This document shows, one piece after another, positions 24,835 through 38,200 of a stretch of 64,000 nucleotides of DNA. The stretch covers positions 62,001-126,000 of the forward strand of contig NOWV01000190.1 in assembly GCA_003344405.1 (NCBI GenBank), read 5' to 3'. The notes under the pieces were generated by a model, which worked only from the letters and a program-made list of their open reading frames with translations, ran no database searches and was not told where the DNA came from. The DNA comes from Trichoplax sp. H2 (Eukaryota). The stretch's first letter is position 1. Each line of letters begins with the position of its first letter. The translations under genes were made by a program, and so were the position numbers.

Positions 24835-27800
24835 TTTCAAAGAAGAGCAAATATGGAGAATATAACCTTATCACGACAGTAAGCGGCGATTTGTTCATAA
24901 CACTCCATGAAGGGACGGAAAATGAACTGGTAAGAGAAACAATAATATTGATGATTTCATTGAACCACTTTAAGGGTATTTTTAAATTCGGCGCCGATAA
25001 TTTCTGATGCACTGTATTATACGGTCCCATTTTTAGTCATCGTTTTAGTTGATTAATGACTAAATTTGCCTAGGATCAAATCAGTAAGCTGAGTTAATTA
25101 TTTCTTTACCTTAATACTATATTCGACTAAATTTCATTAATTAATAAATCTCAATTACTGTAGATTTTTAAAACCTTAATTTTATATTCTTTAATGGCAT
25201 AAATCTTTCAAACGAAATAGAATTTATATATAACCAGTGCATTTAATTTTAAATTAAAGTGCTGTTCAAACTTGATTTTATTTGCCACATTTATTCTTGT
25301 CGCTTTAAATATAATACTGCACTACTATTTGCAGCTAATCCAGAGATTATTTATTTCTCAAAGCTATTAACCGTACTACGATAATCATGCATTCCAGTTC
25401 CGGAATGATACTAGACCATGTTTATATTTTATTGAGAGCTATTTCTTTCGAATTTGCAAATTAACATGCCCAATATTTTTTTTAATAACTATCGAATATA
25501 GCAATGCTTTGGCTACCAAACCGATTACTTAAAGGTTGGTTTCTAATAAAAGATTGCTGTCAGCTACGAATGATATTTAAATTAATATAAATACAGTAAA
25601 TTATCATTTACAAATAGTGTGATGATTACTTTTCGATTCTAAATTGACTTATCACATTGTTCGTGAAAGTGATTTTAGATGGTTTAATAACAAAGTAACC
25701 TAGTTTGCTCTAATGTCTACATTCGTATCGTCAAAATAGGCTTTCCTGTACTATTTATTTTGCCTACTGACACTTAGTATCTTGTGGTTGGTTGGCTATT
25801 GGCGTCCTGATTGGAAACATAAACTCACTCATAAAGCTTGTCCTTTGGCAAAAGCAGATTCTGTGCTCATTCGTGTTAGTGTCTTCCAATAATGTTCAAA
25901 TCTAAGCAATAATTCAACTGAAGAATCGCTTCTTTAACTTACTTTGCTTTCATTGACAAGTCCTGTTTGATAATCACTTCAAAAAATGTTCTTTGGGACA
26001 TATACGCATACAGTGCAATTTTATAACTTGAAATATTATCTATAGTTATTACTGCAGAATATTATTTTGTGTTATTACATTGGAAATTGAATCTCAGATT
26101 AAATCTTGCCACAGTATTAATATCTGCAAGAACGGTAAAGTTTCTAATTCATGTACTGTAAAGTAGTAACTTTATATTTCGTGATATAAATAATTTCACT
26201 CGTAGCATGAACAGAATTAGTAGACTAATTTTAATAGTATGTTCTAATTTGAAATTAAATCGCTTTTAAATGGCAGCAAATAAACCTATTGCTTTCTTTA
26301 GAAGTAGACCTCATAGTTTTATAAACATCGAAGCGCTTTATAACTGTCAACTATTTAATGTTTATTCTGATACTATTTTTCTCTTAAAGGACCCAAATAA
26401 TCAGCACCATCCTGTTAAAATTGAAATTTTCAAAGATCATCCACGAAGGTAAAATTATACTATCCTTGATCAACTGCCATATCATTTAAATTATGTACGA
26501 ATCTGCTATGCGTCATTCAACACCAACGAAATTTAGTCTCTTTTCTCAGGGACTAGAAGCGTCATATTGGCATGATACAGAACTCAAAACAATTATAATT
26601 ATTATTTTAATCAAATAAGATCCTGCTATATTTTCAAAGATAACTCTCCAACGTAGAATTATACCATACTTGATAAGTTTTCATTTAAATCGTGTGAAGT
26701 CCTGCTATATGTCAATCATAATTGAAAAAAAACTAGCAACTCCTCGCACGGCTAAAAGCTTCATAGCTGGCATGATATAGAACTTAAAATAGCTTAGATT
26801 ATCATGTCCTGCTATATCTTACTCATCACCAAGAAAAGTTGTAGCTTTTGTCGCGGACTATAGACTTTACATCTGGCATGATACAGAACTCGAAATAGCA
26901 TTTGTTTTCCAATAAAATTTTACTCTTAGAGTAAAGGACCGTCAAATAATCTATAAGAATGAATATATACCATTTATTTCTATTCTAGAACTGCCGATGT
27001 GGAGGAAGAATCATCTCAAGGTAGTGCTTATGACTTCATCACAGACAGTTCGTTGGTAAGCTTACAAAATGTCAAATTTTCCTGTCTAGTTTTGATAAAA
27101 TTATTACTACTATGTAGCAAATAGTAGCCAATTCTATGATTTTCTAATTTAAATATTAGCATAGTACTTATACAAGTAAAATATTTTATTGAACCGTTTT
27201 CAACAAGTGCTGTAATCGTCTTAATTTTAACAGCCTACGGAATCCAAATTTTTCGAATTTCGTTTTGTTCGCTATTTCTGGGATGAAAGTAAGAACACAT
27301 TTGTTCCACTCAGGTAATTAATAAAATTGATTATCATTTCTATATATTACTATGATATTTATAGATCTAGAAATCTATTTATTAAATATGAAGTTCCTAC
27401 TGTATCTCTTTAAAATTGCAGTTCTAAAGAGTTATTTCGAGCATATGCAGATAAATTTCTATTTCCAAATACTTACGCTCATATCATTTCCGAATTAGAA
27501 ATGTTTCATGAATGGATCATAGAACCTTTAGGCATACTATTAAATCGATTGACTTTAAAACGTCCGCATTATGTATAGATGGCAAAATTAGCGGCCTTTT
27601 AGCTATAATAAATGGTCAATACGGCTTATTGACATTGTTTATCCTTCTATGTTAGGGGTCTCGATCAAAACTTAACATTTCAAGAGATTCGAAGTCAACT
27701 TTCACATGGACTCTACGAAGGTCAAGCAAAACGAAGGTATCCCTTAACTTTGTAGATGTATAACTATGAAAACAAGCAAGATAATTTGCATCTTTAAATA

Positions 27801-30800
27801 CTGCGATAAATATTAAATTTTCATTTTTATCCTGCGTACCCAGAATGCTTATTTTCAAGAAGAACTTGATTGATATTAAAGTTAAAAGTATGTTCCTCAT
27901 ATTAGCTGAAGAGGCAAGTGCATTTTGATTATATTACGAGTCAATCAATAAAATACTTTAAAGATCGAACGACTAGAAATAAACTTTGAAATTCACAATT
28001 TTAATATTTTAGGCTTCGCATCCATTCTACATATTCCAGTTATTTAGCATTGCATTTTGGATTGTAGACAAATACTACTATTTTGCAGGGGCAGTTTTCA
28101 TCGTGTCTATCTTTTCAATTACCGTTTCAGCAATTCTAACTCGACAGGTAATGGATCATCTTTATTAACAACTTTCAATCACAAAATAACCTATTTATTT
28201 TTACTACCTTGGTATTCATTTTTATCATACTCGTATGATATAGAATTGCGTGCGATTAAGAAAATTAGCAACATCTTCATCGCTGATAACAGTTTTGCGA
28301 CTTGATTCCGGTTTGCACTTAGAATCAAAGTTAGGATCCATTTTTAAAGACCAAATGCGCTAAGTTAAATCAAATTATTCTTTCTTAGATGACCCACAAG
28401 AAATTTCGAGTACTAATTTGGTGCCAGGGGATCTAATTGTAATTCCACCTGAGGGAATGACAATGGAATGCGATGCTATCCTAATTACTGGTAACTGCGT
28501 TGTGAAAGAAGGTTTCCTGACAGGTTAATCCTTTCTCCTTATTGAAGCAGCTCATTTTAAAGGAACCTCTTACAGATTATGTACTAGAAAATCTTAATTT
28601 CTATGGCAATATAAAACTCTCTCGTCTTTGCAAAACACAGGTGAAAGCGTTTCTACTGTCAAGACCCACATTGATGACTCTAAAGCCAGATCTACTTACA
28701 ATCCAATCATTCACACAGAATACACTTTATTAGCTGGAACACAAGTTATCCAAGCGAGAAGCACTGATTCGACACAAGTTTTAGCTGTTGTTATGCGTAC
28801 TGGTAAAGAAAGAAATTAAATACCTTTTAAGCAACATAGCACTTATCGAAAAGTAACGTAAAACTTTTCTCTTTAAATGGCAGGATTTTATACGGTCAAG
28901 GGTGGATTAGTGCGCGATATCTTGTATCCAAAGTCAATGGATACAGAACTATATCGCGATGCTTGTCGTTTCTTAGGCCTTACGGTCGTCATAGGTTAGT
29001 ATTACCTTTAATAAACTGTTTCTAAATTACTTAGATCTCAACTATTCTTTCCATTTTCATTACTGCTACTCAATTTATTTCTATTACCACAATATAGCTT
29101 TGTTAGGAATCATCTACTCTGCTGCAGTCCTCTGCGCTAATCGGGTAAGTTTATAAAACATTCCTTACTGTTATAAGCGTAATAAGTTCCAGCTAATCAT
29201 AAAGTATCCTTCTAGGCCACTACAAAGAATATCGTTTTGAGAACTATCGATATTATTACTATTGCAATTCCACCACAACTACCAATAGCACTCTCCATTG
29301 GTGTCTCATTCGCATTAAATAGATTGAGAAAAGCGGGTATATTTTGTATCAATCCATCTAGGTAAACTATGACTAAAATGTAGGAGTTGTATGGTTACTA
29401 GATAGTAGACCAATAGCGTTTTTTTTAGCTGAGTTTTATTCGCTAATAATGCAATTTTATTTTTCACACGCATTATTTCTTGTTCTTATATTGCTTAGGA
29501 TAAATATCAGTGGAAAGATAAATCGCATCTGTTTTGATAAGGTAAAGTATCCATATCGACCAAGGCTACCGCTTAGATTTAGTCAACCTGTTATGACATG
29601 ACGACGAGAATAACTATAACCTATTTACATTTGATTTCTTCTATCACAGACCGGAACTTTAACTGAAAATGATATGGAATTTTCTGGAATAATATCAGTG
29701 ATAAATAGGAGGTAGTATATTGAGAGAGATAGTGATTGTTAGGATTTGAGACGATAAGAAGGAATCATCTCTGCAAATGAGCATCATTTCAATATCAGTT
29801 CATTAAATTAATCCAATGGCGTTATCTACAGGTCCTTAATCCATGATTTAATAATATCTTAATATCGTAACTATTAGATTCATCGAATTTAATCCAGAAA
29901 TGCACTTTAATCCATGGAATCCAGTCGGAATTGTCATGGCTACTTGCCATTCTATCGTTTTAATGAAAGATGGTGAATTATGTGGTGCTCCAATGGAAAT
30001 AGGAATGTATCGCAACACGGAATGGGTAACACTTTATTGACCAGAAAGAATGATTAAAACTGATAGATTAATTTAAATTGTCTTTTTTTTAAAGACACTC
30101 CATGAAATAGAAAGCGGCAACAAAAAATATAATGTACCTATAGAATCAGTTTTGAGACTATCAACCTATACAAAAGCGCAATGTGTAAGCCCCATCTTTG
30201 GACTACTTCTATGCCAATATAAATGGCGTTTGCTTTTTAAATTTCCTCATTAATTATTTTACGGTAGCGAATTGAAAGACATTGCTTATAACTTTAGGGA
30301 CCAACAGAAATTGGAATATTGAAGCGATTCCATTTTTCCCCAGAACTAAGGCGAATGTCTGTTGTAATTATGACACCCGAGGAAAGAAAATTATATTTAA
30401 CTATGAAAGGCGCTCCAGAAACTGTTATCCGATTTTGCAACGAGGAAACCGGTAAAATAGTTGAATAATCGCTATCATCATGATAACTAACATTATGCTT
30501 TCTGTTTTCTTTGCAACTCTATTTGATATCTTTCTACAATTTTTTACAACAAGAAATCCAGTAAAATAATTAAATTAAAGTTATCATATTAAAATTTATC
30601 GTTATGCTTCCTATATAATTTGTAACTCTGTTAGATTTCTTACTACAATTTTAATGCTATAAAATGAATTTAAATCGTTTTTTTGACAGTACCATATGAT
30701 TTTACCCGAATCTTACGAGAGTATACAACTCATGGCTATCGCGTTATTGCCCTAGCTCATAAGCAGCTAGAATCTGAGATATTACCAGAAAACATTTCAC

Positions 30801-33581
30801 AGTTGTCCAAGTAAGTTAGGCGATGCTATTAGAAATGTCATTAGGAACGTATTTAACATCTGTTTTTATGACAGTCATGACCTGGAAAAGAACATGACTT
30901 TCGTTGGATTACTTCTTTTCCAAAACAAGTTAAAGGCAGAAAGTTCAGAAGTTATCGAGCAACTTATTCATGCTAACATCCCTGTTAATATGATAACTGG
31001 TAAAATTTACTATGTAAATAGAGAAGTAGCGCTGGATTTAATATCGACATCATTGTACTTGACAAATCTAGGCGACCATTTGGAAACTGCCATAGATACA
31101 GCTAGGAAATGCAATATTATACAACAAGGTAGCAGTATTACGTGTATTGACATCGATGAAGATGATAACGATTATGAAAAGGAATTGGAAAAATTACTGC
31201 AGCAATTAAAACTTTTGGAAGATGATCGGGTCTGATTTGCACCAATATTTGCAATCGTCTACTTGTAACCTACATTACTTCTATTCCAGTAATTACAAGA
31301 ACAGCATTGCAATTTAATTTTTTTAGGATGCGAAACAAGATCTCAACTTTCGTACGAATAATATTGCCTGCACTGGCAGGACATTAAATGTTTTACTTCA
31401 GTACAGACCTGATTTGTTTTTCAAGGTCGGCTAGCACAAAAATTTATAAATAATTTAAAGTTTTATTCCGACTAATGATAAATGTTTTGATTAGTTTATA
31501 TCTCAAGGTGTCGTATTTGCTCGTATGTCCCCTGTGGATAAAGCACAACTAGTAGAAGGTTTAGTTGAATTAGGGTTAGTCCAGCAATAATAGAATGCTA
31601 TTTAACTGGCAAGACTATAAAATAGAAGCTTAGAGATAATTTTGATGATCAAATCATTTTCAGAAATTATGTTGCAATGTGTGGCGATGGTGCTAATGAT
31701 TGCGGAGTTAGTAAACTACTTTATTCTCTAAATTTTCAAATTTGTCCATGATTTAATAGTGATATTTATAAGCTAACTTTGCTTATACACATATTATAGG
31801 CATTAAGCGCTGCACATATTGGTATATCATTAAGTGATACTGAAGCATCTGCAGTTTCACAATTTACCTCTAAGGTTAGCTCATAATTTGATTTTCTGAC
31901 AATTTTAAAGTTAATTGGGTCTCACGCTAGAGTTTTCGCAATTATTCTTACTGTAGATATCTGTAGCGGTAATTTTAACTTTAATTTGATTAGCAAATAC
32001 CACTAAAATGCATTATCACATAAGCCAATGCTAGCAAGTTCAGAAAATGTCTAAAAGTTCTATTTATTACTAAGGCCACTAATGCTACTGTTTAAATTTC
32101 AGATTTCCAACATCTCATGCGTCTTAGATGTTATCAGGTAACATTGGCTTGTTCTTAATTAGGTCGAACTTGTAAAATCATTAGCGTCATGCTATAGTGT
32201 TATGCTGCTAGAATTAGAAAAGTTTAATCATGAACTATGATCCTGGACTCACAGGGAAGGGCGGGCAGCCTTGGCAACATCTGTCTGTATTTTAATGTAT
32301 GTACTAATCACCGCAATAGCAGAATTAATGGCTGTGTTACTTTTATACTGGGTAAGACCTTGTAATCATTTTCTAATACACATATTGACTAGCTATTTCA
32401 ATATTAAGTCCTTCATTGTCATTTAAATTCATTCCATTGATAAACGTAGACCAGCAGCAATTTCTCAGATTTGCAATTCCTATACTTGGATTTATTTCTT
32501 TCTTTTATGTTGATTATCACAAGTAAGTATATTTATCTTCCTAATATAAAATCGTTTAAAATATTTTTCGTTAGCATTAACAGTTGGTGAATTCTATTTG
32601 ATATTATTACCCTTTAAACTATTGCTAGTGAGCCGAGCTACGCCTCATCGGAAACTTTCTGTGCAAAGACCAAGCATTACTTTGTTCAATTTTAATATCA
32701 TATTAACCTTAGCAGTCTTGTCTGTTATCACCATCGTAGGTCAAGCTATTGCTTACATATTCTTAAAATCAGTACCATGGTACGACGTAGTCGACAACTC
32801 TTCATTAAAATGGTTTCCAAGTAAAACTATATGCTCATGTTTTTATTTTGTTAACAAGCTTCTTTATCTCATTGGATTAAATAGGTACAAATATTCTGTC
32901 CCATTATCCAACGGATCCATTAGGGAATTTACTTTGGAAGGCACTACACTGTTCTACTATGTTTCATATCAGTTTATATGGATAGCAGTGATTCTAACAC
33001 CAGGTCCACCTTTTCAAAATAAGATGTATAAAAATTGTGAGTTGCTAATAGTTGGTTCATTCTAACTTTGATTGCATTGCTCGAAAGCTTAACAGCTGCC
33101 GTCATCGTGCGGTGGTAATTGAATGTAATGCACGATTTCTATCGTCTAGGGTCATTCATATTAGCTCTTATAATTACTCTTGCCGTCTCTACTGTTTTAC
33201 TGTTTCATCCTGGTATTGCAGCAAGTTCGTTAAAGGTAAGCTGCTGTGCCTTAGGCAATGCCTTTAACTTATGGACAGGAATCCAAAAGTATCATATCAA
33301 AATCAAAGTTTATCTGAAAGTTACTTTATGAGCTATAGATGAGTAATACTTACTAATTTATTCTTTCCAGCTAAAAGCAATTCCCGATGTCATATATAAA
33401 ATTCTAATCCTTATTATGGGATTCGTGTACTTCACGCTTTCGTATGCATTCAAGGTTTGATATGGCAATTGCGGATATTCTGCAAGATACAATCTTTACT
33501 GATATCTTAATGCTGTTTTTTCCTCAGGAATTTGTGAATACGGTGGTTAAGACGATGTTCAAGTTAGATCCGTCTTCTTAA
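24835..33581 (+). CDS. P5B-type P-type ATPase (ATP13A2/3-like), copy 1, multi-exon; start codon not fixed
   Basis: Spliced motifs: [42 protein letters not shown] (29270-29284), CFDK|TGTLT, KGAPE (30406-30420), [37 protein letters not shown]. Stop TAA at 33579-33581. Confidence 0.9.
26500..26903. repeat. Degenerate ~100-bp tandem repeat inside an ATPase intron
   Basis: CTGCTAT recurs at ~26503, 26623, 26702 and 26809; TGGCATGATAYAGAACT recurs at ~26568, 26768 and 26874. Confidence 0.65.
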
Positions 33582-35262
33582 ACTTTTGCTTGATTATTTA
33601 TGTTTTGCTTATTTTCTTACAGAACTTAACATCAAATACAGCACAGGAATTTACGTACTATCAATAAATATTTTCCTTCTAAATGATATTAATTTGAAAA
33701 TTATCAAGAATATACCGTCTAATAATTAAATATATTATTCTATTGCGTTAATCTAAGATCATAGCAAAGATGTAAATAATATTACTATAGCATATAGTGA
33801 TGCTGCTTTTCGAAGCTACAGATCGAATTAAGCAATTACAGAGATCGCTTCGTAGCACTGGCTACAGACGCAGTTTAGACGCATTCGTTCCGCTTACTTT
33901 ATGTCGTTTCTGAAATTACATTTGATATTCATGTTTATTGATACCATAGTTCTTCAAAAGCTACAAAATAGAAGCTAATTCCATTAGCAAATGATGTATG
34001 GACACTCTATCCAACTTTTATAATACTATAGTTTCACGTAATAAGGTTTCTTGTAGGAATTTATCTGTAATAAAATTTTGTCTCGAAGGTATAGCAATAA
34101 AATATATAACATTATCTAATTCATTTTCAAAACACGAGCGGACTTTATAAATTTTAGTTCAATATTTCTTATTTTAATTTATATCCAATAAATAAAATTT
34201 TATGAAATGACTCGAGAATACCGGTAGGTAAATTTACAAAACTACAAAGACTGATGTAATGTAACTATAAAGTACATTTTATGTTAGTTTTTACTAGAGT
34301 TAAATAGAATTTGAAAGTAATGATTCAGTGCGAAATATTGCAATAGCATGCTAGATGAAAGTGCTTCTCACTAGTATTTAAATATTGCATATTACACCAC
34401 CACACCCCAGTCTAGGCCACAAAACAATATTTGAGCTATAAAATTTTGGAATGATTCTGTATCTATATATAATTTAAATATTCTAGCAGAAGGAATAAAC
34501 TCCTCCCATTTTTGACATCAAATGTTAATAATCACAACATCAATTTAGATATACAATCAGAAAGGCTATAGTAAGGCTTGTGAATTATGGTACACTAGCG
34601 ACGTTATACTGCTATCATAGTCCATAACCAATTATTAGGCAGTATATACTTGAATTATATTAGGACTTTTCCGTTATTTAAAGCTTTTAAGCCTACTCTA
34701 TATAGAGCAATAATGAACGCCTCATTGATGTTATTGTTTAGGTAGCAATATAGTGGCTAGGTGTCTGCTATAGAAGACATTCTAGCTTTTACTATTCTTA
34801 GGGAACTTGATGAGGAATCTATGAGAAAGATATTAAAGACTTACTGAAAGCCTATTAGTAGATATTTTAATCATTGGAAATAGCATCACTTCTATAAGAT
34901 TTGAGTCAAAAACTGAGAGGTCAAAGTAATGCTTTATAGACATTGGAGTAAGAGAAGTTCAGATCACATTTGAATATAACATCGTTTGTCATCATCTTTG
35001 AAATCTACAAATGTAAATAGATCATCAACGGGACGCTATAGCTTTTTATGTTACTAAAACTATGTCACCACAATTTTCAACGCTGATATCCTATTGGATC
35101 AAGGAACATCACATGCTAGCAGGGTTACCAAAATCTTAACGTTCTATTTCATCCATTCATCAATTCAGTTTAGCTGATATAGTCAACAATATCATTTGAC
35201 TTACCAGTAAATTGATCCTGCAGAATTGATCTAGTGTAGTGCATGTGGAACAGAAAGTGAAG

Positions 35263-38200
35263 ATGCAAGGTTAGTAGAAACATTAAATTGCTAAGTATTG
35301 TTATCTTCGAATTATTTTTATTTCTTAGACTTTGAACTAGAATATCATAATAGATTCAAAGGAGATAAAAATTAGCTTTCTCAGTAATAACGACTTTTCT
35401 TCTATTGCATAAAACAACGAGTAGTTGAGTAGAAAACGTACAACGACATTTAAATGATCGTTGGATCTTGCCTTTTTAACTCACAGCCCCAAATCGATCT
35501 CGTCAGAAAGAAATTTTAACGGTTGAACGAGAAACTGAATGTACTTTGAAACTGAATGAGGGAACTGACGATGAAATGGTAAGTAAACGATGGTATGGTG
35601 TATGGAAACATGCTAATGACTGACTTTGAACAAGAGCTTATCCAAGATAATTCATGATATTAGTTAGAATAGATATTTATTGGAAGCAATCTATCATTGT
35701 AATGTTGCCATAAAAGAGCTGAATAGATCGTAAATAGTCGCTTAGTAATATCTGAATCTAAAAGATTAATACTGTATGTGCAAGATTGAAGATTAACTGA
35801 ATCTTACAATTGTATTTAGTGCGTTTCAAAGTTAAAGAATTACATTAAATATTGTAGTATTGGAAAGTAATATTATATTAATTAAGGTGACTGAATAACC
35901 GAGATTATAAAAGTAATTTTATTTTAGATTAATCAGAAATTAAAGTTTTTAACATAATAAATGTAGCAGGAATATTTAACCATTAAACAAGGATAAAAAT
36001 TTGTAACTGATTGCGATAAATCCTCTGTGAGGTTGATAGATCAAGAATCTTCAAAACTTTAGAAAATTAAGATTTATTGAACAAAACCTCCTTTACGAAG
36101 ATACAACGTAATCGATTAGCTGAGGACCTCTAACGAGAAAGAACTATCTTACTATACTAAACTATTCGCTTATATACCTTTCCGCGTTTACAGTCTTAGC
36201 ACCTTACTTACTACACACTTCAGTATTAGCATCTCAAATACAGGATAGTTTACACCTTTCACGTGAAGCTCTAGTGTGAGCACTGTAGCGCTCCTCTTGA
36301 AAAGGATTACAGTTACTAAGCTAGCTATATTTAATACTTAAGCTTCTAAGGAGAATATCTATCACATGTTGAACACAACACCTACGGTAGACATTACTAA
36401 ATTATCATCAACTTAGAATACAATATTACACTGTCTTACAGCCTCCTAAAATCTGAAATGATAGAGATTCGAAAACTTAAAATGTTCGCTTTATTACATA
36501 AATTACTTCTTAGACCAAGAATTAGACTAACTCTTAAAAATGAGATCTAAATAGCTAAATATTCAGGCAATATTTCTTTCCTATAATGGACAGTATCTAC
36601 TAAATTGTTATTACTTGTTGCATAAGAAGATAGGCATCAGTTACTGTATAAAATGGCTATGCTAGTTTCGGGTTACTTATCCAAATTCTTTTTCTGATCA
36701 TTATGCTACTAGTGTTTTGGTAGAGAGAATCTTTTGTAACAAGCATTTTTCGAATAAACGCATATAAGCCTTTATACTAAATTTATTAATGAATCATTTA
36801 CGATATAATTCACTTTCAAGGTATGCTATGGATACCAGAAAGACTATAAGAAGGTATAGAATTAAGATGATAATCTTACATTGTCAATAATTAATAACTA
36901 TAATGGATAATAATGAATCATTATGCTGCGGTTTGCCCAAATCAGTTTGCTACAACGCTTAGGCGGCCCAGTAAACTACAACTTATCCTCTTATTTTTCA
37001 TTTAGATCTACTTTTATTACATCTTGTGTCTACTAACATGTGGATTTATGATACTTGTTGGCTACTGGAAAGCAGAATGGAAACATATTTGGACGCATAA
37101 ACGTTGTCCTATTTCTTTGGCAGACTCTATAATTATAAAGGTTTGGCCCTATTTACCTATCTTACTGCTTAGTTATTCCATTACATATTCCCAAATCACA
37201 TAGCATGATTATATAAAAGAGTAATATTTATAGCTAGCAAGTAAGTACTTGGAAAATTCCTTTTACTCATTGCTACGTTATTTATCTACCTTCGTATTCA
37301 TTTAAACTGTAATTCTTATCTGTAATTCGTATCTCTTAGAATTGATTTATATTAATCAAAATCATTATAGTAAAGTTACTGCACTACTTTTCACAATATT
37401 TGGAACATCAATTATTCCACTACAATTTAAGTTTCATCGGCGTATCGCATCTTCTTCAAATTAATGACTACCCGTACATCAAGAAAGAGACTGCATTCTA
37501 TTAAATTTCAACTGGCAACATCTATTTATTTTAAATTAAACGAATTCAATTCGTTATGAAAATATAATTCGTAAGCGACAGCAGTTATTAGAAATATCAT
37601 AATAAATTAATATGTGTTACTTAATGTTCAGCTAATGCCTAGATAAAACTTACAGTAAGTGGCATGATGCTAAAATAACGACAGATAAATCCTATAAAAT
37701 GAAAATTATTACAGGTGATGCAAATTATTATTTATTTAGAAAGATTAAAACTCTGTTGGAGATTAGGAGACAAAGTTTATCCAACAAAGCAACAATTGAT
37801 CATGAATTTTATTAATAATTTTAAGTTCAATGTAGATATATTAACGCCCATTTCCATTTATGTCGCAACAGGACAGATACAATGTTCGAGAGCTGGCTGA
37901 AATGGAAAATATACTGGATTTCGAGTGTTGGTAAGACGTTGATTGATATTTAGCCATCTATTGACTACAGTAGTGCATCTCCATGATATCAATTACTAAT
38001 GCTAAATTCATTTCAAATAAAGACAATTAGTAGTAAATCACAATACCATTTCCGTTTAACAGTCGACAACATACTTCAACTTTAAGATGCCAAATTTTGT
38101 ATCGTATTTTAATGGCAAGTTCCAGCATGAAAAACATAAACAACAAACAGTCTCTTAATGTCATTGATTAATAATATCCTTAAAATAGTTTTTCAGTGCT

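Noticed and set aside
26500-26903. CRISPR-like repeat-spacer array
   Set aside because: Spacers are related to each other, spacing is irregular, the context is a eukaryotic intron and there are no cas genes.
567-36440. One giant LTR element bounded by the two family A LTRs
   Set aside because: Each LTR has its own TSD; the outer flanks (ATCCA vs GCCTC) do not match; no PBS or gag-pol inside.
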